DNA of 64,000 nucleotides from the human T2T-CHM13v2.0 reference genome, Homo sapiens: NCBI GenBank assembly GCA_009914755.4, contig CP068257.2, positions 26,368,001 to 26,432,000 of the forward strand, read 5' to 3'. Shown piece by piece: positions 12,640 to 26,699 of this stretch (position 1 is its first letter; each line of letters starts with the position of its first letter). The notes under the pieces were generated by a model. It saw only the letters and a program-made list of their open reading frames with translations, ran no database searches and was not told where the DNA came from. The position numbers and the translations under genes were made by a program.

Positions 12640-14400
12640 TCAGCGGCTCTAGGACTGACAGAATAGAGGTATGGGCACAGAGAAGTCTTCAGGAAACGTA
12701 CACCTTCTAACATAGCTGGAGCTGAGGTCCAGGTCCAGCACTATTACAGATGGAGGACGTGTGTCTAGTCTCAAGTAGGGGGATTGGCCAAGGAAAACTG
12801 AGTCAGACAACCAAGTCAGGGTTTCAGGCACAATGGTGTTTTGGGATCCTTGGGGGTGTTGCTTTTCTGGCCTAAAACCTCTTTCCAGTGGTGCCTTTTC
12901 CTGAGTTTTGCTCGGCCCGCTGGGCTCGTTCCACCCACTCGGCCTGGCAGGCTGTGCTTGGCTCAAGCTACTAGCCTGCATCCCATGCCTCCCAAGGGTG
13001 AGTTAGGCATGGAGTGGCGAGGGGTGTGTCAACAAGCGTGAGGTCCAGCCTCTACGCAGTCAGATCCTTCAGCTACTGCAATGCAGGCAGCACCAGGTGC
13101 TGGCATCGGTGCCAGCTCTCTGCAAGGCTGCAGCTGGACAGGTACCCCACAAGCAGCTGGCACTGGGGAATGCGGTGGCACCCAGAAGCTCTGAGATGCC
13201 AGGAACCGCAGGACCTCAAAGAGGGACTAACAGCCCTAGTTCGGAGAGCTCCCGGGTCTGGGATCCTACAAGGGCTGCAGCTCTTCTCTCCCTCTCTTCA
13301 CCCACAACGAGGTGAGCAAAGGGCATGTTTCAGTCCCGTTTGTGGTACAGCTCTTCTAGACTTGCCATTCAGCAGGCCCTGAGTTCTTGTCCTGCAACCA
13401 GAAAGAATGAGGCACATAGACAAGTGGAGGATGAGCAAGAAGAAGAGCTTTATTGAGCAGTAGAATAGCTCAGAGACCTGCTGTAGATAGCTCTTTTCTG
13501 TAGCCAGGGTGTCTGGACGAGTGTTCAGCCCTCAGCAGAGTGTAGAAAGCCCTGGGTTAGGTTGCTCCCCTCTGCAGACAGGTCTCCCTGGAGTGGAAGC
13601 TCCTCTCTGCCGCTGGTTGTCCCAACACTCTCCAGCTATCAGCAGAGAGAGTAGCTCTTAGCTCCTCTCTGCAGCTGGTTATCTGCTTCTCTGCTCTGCT
13701 CTGCTCTGGCTAAGCCCAGGGCTTCTATGGGCCTCAGAGCGGGGAAGGGCATGCTGATTGTTACATGGGCAGCCATGGGCAGGCCCATGTAAAAGCACCA
13801 CGAGATCCCCCTCAGAACTGGCAGCCTGCCGCCAGGCTTCAGACCTTCCCCGGCCTAAAGGTGGGGCTTCACTGGGGACCTGCTCCCTTCTGCCCATGAA
13901 CCTGCCATCCTTCTCCTGCTGTTCAAGGCAACCAGGCTGCCTGACTTTGCTCCTATCTCCTGGCACAAAAAAAGAGAGAAGCCAGACATCAAGAACAGGC
14001 ACCTCCGAACCTGCAAGGACAGGGGCCTTCCTGAGCGAGAGTGCAGGGAGGTTTTCCCAGGCCTCCAAGAGTGTGAGGATGCCTGAGTCTGCAGCCGCTG
14101 TTTGGGCAGTTGCAGCTGTGCCTGGGAGTGGGGCAGGACTCCTGCCTGCTCCACGGAGCGAGGCTGTGTATGCAGCTGTGGTTTGGGCAGCTGCAGCAGC
14201 ACCCGGGGAGCTACCACCCCAACTCAGAAGGGGTGGGGCTCCAGCTTGTCCATGGTCCCCTGGCTCCACACAGTAGGCAGCCCCAACCGCACCTCCCTGC
14301 TCCAGCCGGGTGATGGCAGTGGCAGGTTGTCTGGAGGGCTGCTACCATCACAGGAATCAAATGAAAGTAAAAGTAAGCCATAGTGCTTAGAACGGTTTCA
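12640..14400. repeat. GC-rich (~58% GC) CpG-depleted 1.75-kb block, probably ERV LTR-derived (unclassified); aataaa-containing R-like motif on minus strand near 13440
   Basis: abrupt compositional shift from the AT-rich flanks; ~25 CpG versus ~150 expected; overlapping ORFs on both strands typical of GC-rich non-coding DNA; minus strand reads tgctcaataaagctcttcttcttgctcatcc. Confidence 0.3.
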
Positions 14401-14960
14401 GACAGGACAGAAGCCAAATTACAAAAAGATGGAGGCATAAGGTCAAAGATAGACTGTCATATCTTGATTTAACTAATTATTGTATGAATTGAAAAAATGT
14501 ATGCCCTAGAAGATAGCAGCTGAGCCTGAAGATCTGAGTAAAATAAATCAGTAACTAGGAGAGAAGAAACAAGACAGTAGGAAACAAGGGGCCAAGACGT
14601 AAGTTAGGTGTGGAGTACCCAGTATCTCCGTCAAGTGGGTCAGTAACTGTGCAGGTCACTGTAGAAAATGTTGACTTCAACTTCCTCTTTAAAATCCTTC
14701 TGGAATCTGTATTTAAAAATGAAACAACACTATCCTAAACATTTTATGTGGATAGAAATTTGTTTTCTTCCCCAGATATGTTTGATTTGTGTCTTAAGTT
14801 TTAATCCTTTAGATATTTTGGTACCATAAACAGGAGTGCAGTTACTACAGTGTATTTTGTAGACAATAGAAAACAGTGAGTATATTTTTCAACCCTAAGA
14901 AACTGTACTATAAAGTTTGGTGGGACTTTTGTATCCACCACATTTAAATATACTTAATAA

Positions 14961-15298
<338 letters not shown>

Positions 15299-15313
15299 AC
15301 ATATATAGTTCTA

Positions 15314-15418
15314 AACACAAACACACAGAGAGGGAGACACACACAGACACACAGAGAGAGAGAGACACACACACAGACACACACAGACGCGCACACACGC
15401 ACACACACACACACACAG
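15314..15418 (+). repeat. compound (CA)n/(GA)n microsatellite
   Basis: direct reading. Confidence 0.8.
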
Positions 15419-15538
15419 ATGCAGTCATAGTGCACTACAGCTTCAGACTCCTGGACTCAAGTTAACACACTGTTTTCTCATGGTGCCTTCTTTTCACTGC
15501 CCATCCCCCTTTGCAAAATGTTCAGCAATATACTCTCA

Positions 15539-15920
<382 letters not shown>

Positions 15921-16309
15921 TCAAATATCAAAACCTGTAATACAGTAGGCTTTGGGCATTCAGAAGGAATCCTGAGACCTCTATAAAATCTCAAATTCAC
16001 AAAGCATGTAATTTTCTCCCTAAAATATGGACAAGACATAACAAAGTGCCACAAAATCAGGTCAAGATGTAGAAGCTTGGCAGATTGTGTGCATAGGCCT
16101 TGAGCTAATTCCCAGAATCTCTTACAAGAGTATCACAGTTTCTCAAATTAGTGTCTTAGTAAAATTAAAATGAAATTCTAGTGTCTTTAATCACTAATTA
16201 TGAAGAATGTTATATATCTGACCTATAGACGTTTTTAGGAATTTGGATTTTATACAACTTTTTGCTAATAGATCCTTCCATTCTTTTCAAGTAAAGCCCA
16301 CTATCTTCA

Positions 16310-17415
<1,106 letters not shown>

Positions 17416-17750
17416 CAAATGTTCCTCATGCTCTTTCTACTTCTAGTTCACAGGTTCCAGGATAACCAGATGACTGAGGAATGTTGAAGATTGCAGTGAT
17501 GGAAGTGTCTCAGTCAGCCTGGAAGACTGTATGGAAGGAGGTTGCCTGGCCACACTGTCATGTCCCCCTCTCCCTAAAAAAGGGACACATTTGCCTTTGT
17601 GCAAGGCAACACATACATTTGGTCTATGTATATACTTTGGTCTATGTATTCTGTTATTTAACATTCTAATAATGTTGATGACCTTAAAATATGTTTGACA
17701 ATGATCCTTGTAAATCATTATTATTCTGCCTTCTGCAAGATAAGAATTAT

Positions 17751-17957
17751 GGGCCAGGTATGGCACTTAACGCCTATAATACAAACATTTTGGGAGGCCC
17801 AGGCAGGAGGATTGCTTGAGCTCAGGAGTTAGAGACCAGCTTGGGCAACATAGTGAGACCTCATCTCTACTAAAAATAAAACAAAAAAAGTTATGATAGT
17901 GACACTGCACTCCAGCCTGGGTGACAGAGCAAGATCCTGTATCCAAATAAATAAATG
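17751..17957 (+). mobile_element. Alu-derived element with internal deletion (~200 bp)
   Basis: gggccaggtatggcacttaacgcctataat...gcttgagctcaggagttagagaccagcttgggcaacatagtgagacc...gcactccagcctgggtgacagagcaagat. Confidence 0.75.
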
Positions 17958-19899
17958 CCTAATATAGGAATTATCAAATTCAACACATATTAATTATTTT
18001 CATATCCATTTGTGGAAAATAATAACGTGGGGATTATTCTTAAAAAGGATTCTGGAAGTGGCTTCTTCAATTAAATATATTCAAAACTGATTCCCGCTTA
18101 CTACGCAAATCAAAGAGGAATTGAAAATGTGTGTGATTCCCACTAAATAATTTTCCTTTTGTATGACTTGATGTTACTATCTTTGTGGAGTGGCTGAGGA
18201 ATGTCTCCTTCTTGCCTTTGTCTTCAAAGGCTCTGCCAATGTGAAGTACAGGAGAGAGAGGCAAGACCAGGGCCCACTAGCGGAACCATCTCAGCCTTAT
18301 TCCCCAGAGGAAAACACATTCTTTTTCACTTTCCTGAGCTGCCTTATCTGATAAAAATGATTCTTACATTTCCCAGCAATGCCTTCTGATTGTAATGTAG
18401 CTTATGCCACTGGTTTGCCTATTTCTCAAATATAAACATACACACACATACACACATTTGGCCTTAGCCTTTCTAATTTCACTCTCATCAGGACAGATTG
18501 CACACCTGTAAACATTCTCAGATCAACTCCAGTAATCAATCCACATTCATGTAACCCCTGCAGAATTAAAGATCACTGGAGACCTTCAAGATCGACTTCC
18601 CATTTAAACCATAAGAAAACAAGACCCCAATGTGTCAGCTGCAGAACCACAACACGGACCCGAGTCCCATGTCTTATTTGTTCAGTGGTTTTTCTAAGTC
18701 ACTGTAAAATTTTTCTACATTCCTGGCCTGAGAACAGAAGTACCTTTTGCTTATTTATTCAATTAAATTCAGTAGTTGGTAAATGTGAATAAAGGAAATC
18801 AAAACACTATTGAAGATTATTTAGATATGGCTGAGAAGTGGGGTGAGCACACCTGACCCACTTTAACTTAGAGATTCAAAATATAAACTTAACTCAGCTG
18901 CAGTCAACAACCTGACATTAAATGCAAGCATACAAGTAAAGAACCCAAATAAACAGAAAAAAACTAACCTGCTAACCTACCTTAAAACACTAAATATAGA
19001 GCTCCTGTCATCCTGTTTCTTACTGATTTATAACTTCAAATAACGGGTCAAGAAAAAAGCTATATATATGAAAAGATGAGATCTGTGTTTCAATCCAAAT
19101 CTTTCTTTCAATAACCCTACTACTTGAAACCATAGAAGGAGACAGGAACTTCCTCCCTTGTTTCTTTTTTCTTTTTCAAAACTACCCACTAATCTTTTAA
19201 TTAAAAGTGAATGATGGAGAGATGGCAAGTGAGCAGGAGAAGCTGAGGAACACAGCTCCCTTATGGATTTGCACAACGCTAATCAGTCTTCACATCTTAC
19301 AGAGAGATCTGTATTAGTTACATGGAATCTAATCTGTTCTACTAAAGCTGATGCTGTCAGCTGCCATGCTTAGCACTCGTTCATTATGCTTGTAGACACA
19401 TTTTGAGAAAACACGTAATCTAGAAGAGAAACTTCTAAGAAGGTTTTACATACTATATGATGCTAATATTTTAGATAATATTTTATGCTAGTTTAGTCTT
19501 TGTGTATTGAAAGAACTCTGATTTTCCTGGAAGTCCCTAGACAGTACATTTAATTAATCTTACCTCTCAATTCAACAAGTTGCCTTTTATTTTAGTCATA
19601 AAATCAATCTCTTGGTAATAATATATAGTGATATCCAGGTATGTATGATGCAAGCAAGTTTTTAGTTTAAAGCTAAGGAATTAAAATGAAAACAATACAT
19701 AGTGCTCTCTGTACAACAATGACTGAGAATAGGTAGTGCGTGCTCTTTATATACAAGGCACTGTGCTGAGCATATTTCGTAAGTTATTGCCATGATTCCA
19801 TGTAATTATGTATTATAATTTTACATTTGAAGAAAATAAGCCTCAAAAACGGCAAGCAGTTCACCCACCCACATTTAAAACTCTGTTACGCCTCTGAGA

Positions 19900-21890
19900 T
19901 ATACAGCCCATGAATTCTACCATTATTCACTCTGTCTCTCAACTCCATTCTGTCTTCATGTACCTCCCAGCCCAACTGATGTGTCAAGGCATTGGATTTA
20001 ATTCATTCACCCCAAAAGTATTTATCACATGCTTATATGTGCTTGGCTCTCTTCTAGGTGCCCAAGTCACATCAGTGAAAAAAATAAACAAGATCCTCAT
20101 CCTCATCAAGCTTATATTCATTTCCCAACATCTGATTTCAATTTCCTTGCCATGCACTCCTTTCATCATAGAAGCCTTACAAAATCCCCAATCCAATTGA
20201 ATCTAATTCTGTGCTTCATATTTGTCACCCTCACTTGGTAAAACTCACAACTGTGCTTGCCGGATATTACCATAAATTACTAACCATGAACTTCAAGTGG
20301 TCTATTAGTGATCAGCACCAATGCTTTAACAGTTGTCTGCTCCTTTGACTCTTTCACGTTCCTAAAAGATTTTCCATTTTTTCCCTGTCTCCTTCCTGTA
20401 ACTCCTGTCCAATTCTTATCTCACCTAATGACTTTGATTCTTATTATACAAAGACAATAGTAAAAATCAGAAGAGTACTTACAAAAACTACCACCATGAA
20501 AATCATCACTCTACCTGTATCTCTCCCGACTCTTGATCATCCTTCCTACCACTGCGGAGAAATTTTTCCGTGCATTTTTGTTCTCGGTACTGCTGAAGAT
20601 TTTTTCCATGCCTCTGTCCAAGGAGGGCATCTCTTCACTAGATCCCAGTTGTATCATTCTAGCATTTGCCCTCATTTTCTCCCATATCACTGGCTTTCCA
20701 ATTTTTCCCTTTTAAAAGGATAATTCCTATAAATTTACAGCTATAATAGATAACAGAAAAAAGCCTCTCTTGATCCAAGGTCTCCTTCCATTTCCCACCC
20801 CATTTATCTCTTTTCCTTTACATTAAAGTTTTTCCAACTGTTTCCAGTTTCTCCCACACAATTCTCTCCTTAATCTAGCCCTGAAGTCTCTCAGGCCTAT
20901 GACTTCAAAATGAGAACCTCCACCCAGACCATCATTGATCTCAAAGTTGCTAAGTTCAGGTCAATTCCTGGTACTTGTCTTACTTGACCTCTGTGGTGCT
21001 TAAATTAGCTGATCCCTTTCCTTCTTGAAACACATTGTCCATTTATTTCCAGGATGCCATTTTCTTGATTCTTCTCATGAGATTCTGCTCAGATTTCTTT
21101 ATTTGATCTTTCTCAACTCTCAAGCCTTTGAAATTTGGGATGCACTAAAATTCAGTCCATTGATATTTCCTTTTAAAAATGCCCATTGCCCTACTGAACA
21201 CATCCAGTCTCGTATCATCTACACATGGATGATTTCCCAATTTATATTTCCACATTTAAACGCCTACTCTAAATATTTGCTTGGCTACCTAAAAAGCATC
21301 TCAAATGTAAAATGTCCATATTTGATCTCCCTCATACTTCCCTCTTCTAATAAAATTTTCAAGTCTTCTTCTCAATAATGGTAAATACTCTCTACTGCCA
21401 TATCATCCTGAACATGCACAATCTCATTAACAATGGCAAATACTTTCTTCCAGATGCTGATGTGGAAAACCTAATGTTCATCCTTGATTAATATTTTTCT
21501 CTTACAACATATATCTCACCCGCCCCTGTACCACGTGTTTCAAGCCATCATCACTTTACACCTGCATTATTGCAATATCCTCCTAAGAAGCTGCTCTTTT
21601 TTCTTCACCACCTCCAACATCAGTTCTTAACACAGCAGCCAAAATGATCATTTTAAAATAAAAGTTAGATCCTCTCTCTCTCTCAGTATAAACCCTCTTT
21701 CTCAGAGTAAAAGCCAGGTCTAACAATGACACCTCATAATTGTCCATCTTATCTCCTGACCTCATTTCTTACCTCTCTCCTTCTCTAGCTCTTTTCCTTA
21801 TACCCTAGAATCCTCAAACTTGATCCAGACTCAGAACCTCTGCCTGGAACATTCTACTCTCTGATAGCTCTAGAACTAGAATATAAGGTA
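19900..21890 (+). mobile_element. L2 LINE fragment (3' ~450 bp, 21440-21890, well matched; upstream assignment tentative), ends at an 18-nt poly-T (21949-21966)
   Basis: cctgcattattgcaatatcctcctaagaagctgctc...cacagcagccaaaatgatcattttaaaataaaagttagatcc...atctcctgacctcatttcttacctctctcc...tctgcctggaacattcta parallels L2 3'-end consensus motifs; strong pyrimidine skew on the + strand. Confidence 0.4.
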
Positions 21891-22005
21891 AATAACACTT
21901 GCTGATTTGAAAAATATACTACAAACCTAAGTGGTTTAATACAATGTCTTTTTTTTTTTTTTTTTTGCTAACATTACAGTCCAGTGAGAGTACGGCAGCA
22001 ATCAA

Positions 22006-22891
22006 GTCACCAAGTGACCTGAATTGCTTATTATGAACTGGGTGCTTTCTGACCCATCTAGCCATCAAGGGGGCCATGCACAGCAGCATTCAGCATCAAA
22101 TCATCAAATTAAAGTGGTATATATGTGATCTGGCTTGAGCAGGTCCTGAAGACACAAGTAAGTTACCTGAGAAAGTAGCTCAAATGTCCATGGTCTCCAC
22201 TCCTGCCACCTTGCCTTCTTTCCCTTAGCCTGCACTGATGGCCTCATGGGGAGTTCCCTATGATCAGTTGACAGAGGAAGACAAGACTAGGGCTTGGTTC
22301 ACAGATGGTTATGCACGATATGCAGGCACCACCTGAAAGTGGACAGCTGCAGCTCTATAGCCCCTATCCCTGAAGGACAGTGGTGAAGGCAAATCTTCCC
22401 AGTGGGCAGAACTTTGAAGAGTATACCAGGTTGTGCACTTTGTATGGAAAGAGAAATGACCAGTAGCGCCATTGTATACTGATTCATGGGCTGTAGCCAA
22501 TGGTTTGGCTGGATGGTCAGGCACTTGGAAGAAGCATAATTGGAAAATTAATGACAAGGGAATTTGGGGAAAAGGTATGTGGATATACCTCTTGGAGTGG
22601 CCAAAAACTGTGAAGATATTTGTATCCAAAGTGAGTGCTCACCAACGTGTCATCTCAGCAGAAGAGAATTTTAATAATCGATTGGATAGGGTGACCTTTT
22701 CTGTGGACACTACTCAGTCTCTTTCCACAGCCACAGCTGTCATTGCCCCATGGGCCCATGAAAAAGGGGCCATGGTGGCAGGGAAGGAGGTTATGCATGA
22801 GCTCAGCAACAAGGACTTCCACTGCCCCAAGCTGACCTGGCTATGGCCACTGCTGAGTGCCCAGTTTACCAGCAGCAGAGATCAACACTGA
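22006..22891 (+). pseudogene. pol: pol RNase H remnant, frameshifted (open segment 22472-22891)
   Basis: FTDGYARYAGTT.KWTAAALQPLS...LYTDSWAVANGLAGWSGTWKKHNWKINDKG...KIFVSKVSAHQ; stops and frameshifts upstream. Confidence 0.7.
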
Positions 22892-23286
22892 GCCCTCAAT
22901 ATGGCAACATTTCTCGGGGTGATCAACCAGCTACCTGGTGGCAGGTTGATTATATTGGATCTCTTCCCTCATGGGAAGAGCAGAGGTTTGTCCTCACTGG
23001 AATAGACACTTATTCCAGTTATAGGTTTGCTTATCCTGCACCCAATGCTTCTGCCAAAACTACCATCCTTGGACTCACAGAATGCCTTATCCACCGTTAT
23101 GGTGTTCCACACAGCATTGCCTCTGACCAAGGCACTCACTTGCGACAGTGGGCACATGCTCGTGAAATTCACTGGTCTTACCATGTTGCCCATTATCTTG
23201 AAGCAGCTGGATTGATAGAATGGTGGAACGGCCTTTTGAAGTCACAATTACAATGCCAACTAGGTGACAATATTTTGCAGGGCTGA
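22843..23286 (+). pseudogene. pol: pol integrase remnant (zinc-finger and catalytic core regions)
   Basis: HCPKLTWLW...WQVDYIGSLPSWEEQRFVLTGIDTYSSYRFAYPAPNASAKTTILGL...DQGTHLRQWAHAREIHWSYHVAHYLEAAGLIEWWNGLLK. Confidence 0.75.
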
Positions 23287-23307
23287 GGCAAAGTTCTCCA
23301 GAAGGCT

Positions 23308-23775
23308 GTGTATGCTCTGAATCAGCATCCAACATATGGTACTATTTCTCTCATAGCCAGAATTCATGGGTCCAGGAATCAAGGGGTGGATGTGGAAGTG
23401 GCATCACTTGCCATCACCCCTAGTGGTCCACTAGCAAATTTTTTGCTTCCTGTTACCATGACATTACATTCTGCTGGCCTAGATCTCTTAATTTCAGAGG
23501 GAGGAATGCTGCTACCAGGAGACACAACAATGATTTCATTAAATTGGAAGTTAAGAATGCCACTTGGACACTTTGGGCTCTTCCTACCTTTCAGCCAAGA
23601 GGGTAAGAAGGGAGTTACAGTGTTTGCTGGGGTGATTGAACTGGACTATCAAGATGAAATCTACCTACTACTTTACAACAGAGGTAAAGAAGAGTATGCA
23701 TGGAATACAGGAGATCCATTAGGGCATCTCTTAGTATTACCATGCTCTATGATTAAGGTCAATGAGAAACTATGA
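23308..23775 (+). pseudogene. pol: integrase C-terminus fused to dUTPase, uninterrupted 155-aa ORF
   Basis: dUTPase motifs AGLDLL, GVIELDYQDEIYLLLYN, GDPLGHLLVLP in one frame. Confidence 0.75.
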
Positions 23776-24275
23776 AAGCCCAACCCAGGCAGGACTACAA
23801 ATGGCCCAGACCCTTCAGGAATGGAGATTTATGTCACTCCACCAGGAAAAAAACCCACGACCTGCTGAGGTGCTTGCTGAAGGCAAAGGGAATACAGAAT
23901 GGGTAGTAGAAGGTAGTCATCAATACCAGCTATGACCACGTGATCAGTTGCAGAAACAAGGACTGTAATTGTTTTAAGTATTTCCTCCTTTTGTTAAAAA
24001 CTGTTTGTGCATGTATACACTTGTACTAAGAAAATATCTCCGTTTTATTCCTTTTTTCCTTTATCATGTTACATAGGATTTATTGACTTCATACCAGCAT
24101 TTAAGTATTGTTAACTTTATGTAATAGCATTTGCGTTGGGGATTGATGTAGTTCCAGTTGTACCAATGATAGTTGTATTATGTTAGGTGTAATTCTGATC
24201 TTATTATTGTCTTTATTTGAAGATTATGTTTGATCTCAGGCGATGTGGATGGGTTCAAATTGACAAAGGTGGACT

Positions 24276-24712
24276 TGTGATGGTTAATACTGAGTGTCAA
24301 CTTGATTGGATTGAAGGATGCAAAGTATTGATCCTGGGTGTGTTTGTGAGGGTGTTGCCAAAGGAGATTAACATTTGAGTCGGTGGGCTGGGAAAGGCAG
24401 ACCCACCCTTAATCTGGGTGAGCACCATCTAGTCAGCGGCCCCTGTGGTCAGGATATGAAACAGGCAGAAAAACATGAAAAGTCTAGGCTGGCTTAGCCT
24501 CCCAACCTACGTCTTTCTCCTGTTCTGGATGCTTCCTTCCTTTGAACATCAGACTCCAAGTTCTTTAGCTTTGGGACTTGGACTGGCTTAGTGATGGAGG
24601 ACTTGCAGATGGCCTATTCTGGGACCTTGTGATTGTGTGAGTTAATACTACTTAATAAACTCATATATATATATCCTATTAGTTCTGTTCCTCTAGAGAA
24701 CCCTGTCTAATA
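24276..24712 (+). mobile_element. MLT2-type LTR; 3' LTR of the split HERV-L
   Basis: begins tgtgatggttaatactgagtgtcaacttgattgg..., contains cagacccaccc...aatctgggtgagcaccatc, ends ...atatatatatcctattagttctgttcctctagagaaccctgtctaata; follows the HERV-L 3' tail directly. Confidence 0.7.
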
Positions 24713-26047
24713 TGTACAGGCTCTATGCAAGTCTGAAATCTAATAGGGCAGACATTAAACCTTAAAGTTCCAAAATTATCTCCTTTGACTCCATGTCTCA
24801 CATCCAGGTCATGCTAAAGCCAGAGGTGGGCACCCATGGCCTTGGGCAGCTTCGCCCCACTGCCTTTGCAGGGTACATCCCCCTTCCCTGTCTCTATCAC
24901 AGGCTGGCATTAAGTGTCTGTAGCTTTTCCAGGCATACAGTGAAAGCTGAAGGTATATCTACAATTCTGGGGTCTGGAAGATGGTGGCCTTTTCTCACAT
25001 CTCCATTAGGCAGTGCCCCAGTGAGGACTCTGTGTGAGAGCTCTGACCCCACAATTCCCTTCCATACCGCCGTAGCAGAAGTTCTCCATAAGGGCCCCAT
25101 CCCTGCAGCAAACTTCTGCCTGGACCTCCAGGTATTTCCATACATCCTCTGAAATCTAGGCAAAGGTTCCCAAACCTCAGTTCTTGACTTCTGGGCATCC
25201 ACAGGGTCAACACCACATGGAAGCTGACAAAGACTTGGGCCTTGCATGTTCTGAAATCATGGCCTGAGCTGTACCTTGGCCCCTTTTAGCCATGGCTGAA
25301 ACAGCTGGGATACAGGGTACCAAAACCCTAGGCTGCACACAGCTGGAGGGCCCTGATGGCCCATAAAACAATTTTTTTTCTCTCTTAGGCCTCCAAGCCT
25401 GTGATGGTGGGGGCTACCATGAAGGTCTCTGACATGCTCTGGAGACATTTTCCACATTGTTTGGTGATTAACATTCAGCTCCTTGTTACTTATGTAAATT
25501 TCTGCAGCAGGCTTGAATTTATCCCCAGAAAAAATATATATATATGTCTTCCTATCACATCACCAGGCTGCAAACTTTCCAAGCTTTTGTTCTCTGCTTC
25601 TTCTTAAATGTTTTGCCCCTAGGAAATTTCTTCTGCCAGATACCCTAAATCATCTTTCTCAAATTCAAAGCTACACAGATATCTAGGGCAGGGGCAAAAT
25701 GCCACCAATCTCTTTGTTAAGCATAGCAAGAGTGACCTTTACTCCAGTTCCCAAGAAGTTCCTCATCTCCATCTGAGACCACCTCAGCCTGGACTTTATT
25801 GTCCAAATCACTAACAGCATTTTGATCAAAGCCATTCACCAAGTCTCTAGGAAGTTTGAAACTTTCCCACATCTTTCTGTCTTATGAACCCTTCAAGTCC
25901 CTAAGAAGTTTCAAACTTTACCATATTTTCCTGTGTTTTTGTGAGTCCTCTAAACTGTTCCAACCTCTGCCTGTTACCTAGCTCCAAAGTTGCTTCCACA
26001 TTTTTGGTTATCTTTACAGAAGCACCCCACTCCTGATACCAACTTAC
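24713..26047 (-). mobile_element. MaLR internal sequence (THE1/MST-int), 5' part, truncated where the HERV-L is inserted
   Basis: reverse complement is collinear with the internal region of the complete THE1 copy at 52749-54190; mirrored ORF peptides in the track (e.g. 24995-25216 versus 53863-54114). Confidence 0.8.
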
Positions 26048-26405
26048 TACATTAATTTGTTCTCATGCTGCTATGAAGAAATACCTGAGGCTGGATGACT
26101 TATAAAGAAAAGAGGTTTAATTGACTTACAGTTCTGCATGGCTTGGAGGTCTCAGGAAACTTACAATCATGGAGGAAGACACCTCTTCACAGGGTGGCAG
26201 GAGAGAAAAATGAGTTCAAGCAAGGGAAATACCAGGTGTTTATAAACCCATTAGATCTTGTGAGACTCACTGATTTTCATGAGAACAGCATGGGGGAAAC
26301 AGCCCCCATGATCAAAATACCTCTACCTGGTCCCACCCTTGACACAGGGAGATTATTACAATTCAAGGTGAGATTTGGGTAGGGACACAGAGCCAAACCA
26401 TATCA
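26048..26405 (-). mobile_element. MST-type MaLR LTR (5' LTR of the element whose internal part is 24713-26047)
   Basis: reverse complement reads tgatatggtttggctctgtgtccctacccaaatctcaccttgaattgtaataatc...ttaaacctcttttctttataagtc...cagcatgagaacaaattaatgta. Confidence 0.8.
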
Positions 26406-26699
26406 GATAGATAGGTGGATTATTCTTTTGATTTTCATTTTGATTCTGTTTCTCTAGTGAATTGTGACTAATAAATTGATTCAATGTATTTAATAGATAT
26501 GGACCTATTTAGACGATCTAATGACTCTTGTTTGCATTTCAGAAGCTTGTGTATTTTGAGAAATTGTTTTATTTTATCTAAGTTATAATATTTTTTATCA
26601 TAGAGTTATTAATATTATCCCTTTAGTATGCTTTTAATGTCTATAGACTTGTTAGTGATGTTCTAACTTTCATTTCTAATATTGGTAATTTTTTCTTTG

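Larger units (their letters stand above)
22006..24275 (+). mobile_element. HERV-L (ERVL) internal region, 3' portion: pol RNase H - integrase - dUTPase plus 3' untranslated tail
   Basis: translated motifs IMNWVLSDP, WFTDG..., YTDSWAVANGLAGWSGTWK, integrase HHCC and catalytic-core segments, dUTPase motifs; dUTPase downstream of IN is diagnostic of ERVL. Confidence 0.85.

Noticed and set aside
13679-14383. Cluster of long overlapping ORFs on both strands (up to 196 aa) inside the GC-rich block
   Set aside because: Overlapping frames on both strands, Ala/Pro/Gly/Arg-rich low-complexity translations, no start/splice context; typical statistical artefact of GC-rich non-coding DNA.
12640-14400. 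GC-rich block as a CpG island or promoter
   Set aside because: CpG observed/expected is roughly 0.2 (about 25 CpG in 1.76 kb), so it is a methylation-decayed GC-rich repeat-like sequence rather than an unmethylated island.
21949-21966. 18-nt poly-T as the tail of a separate minus-strand SINE or LINE
   Set aside because: No Alu or L1 body adjoins it on either side. It follows the L2 3' end and precedes the HERV-L junction, so it is treated as a simple homopolymer or junction filler.
22472-23775. Retroviral pol ORFs (RNase H, integrase, dUTPase) as functional genes
   Set aside because: Domains are in different frames with stops and frameshifts upstream (e.g. an 8-bp deletion right after HQVT at 22019). 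They are provirus remnants, annotated as pseudogene segments, not host CDS.
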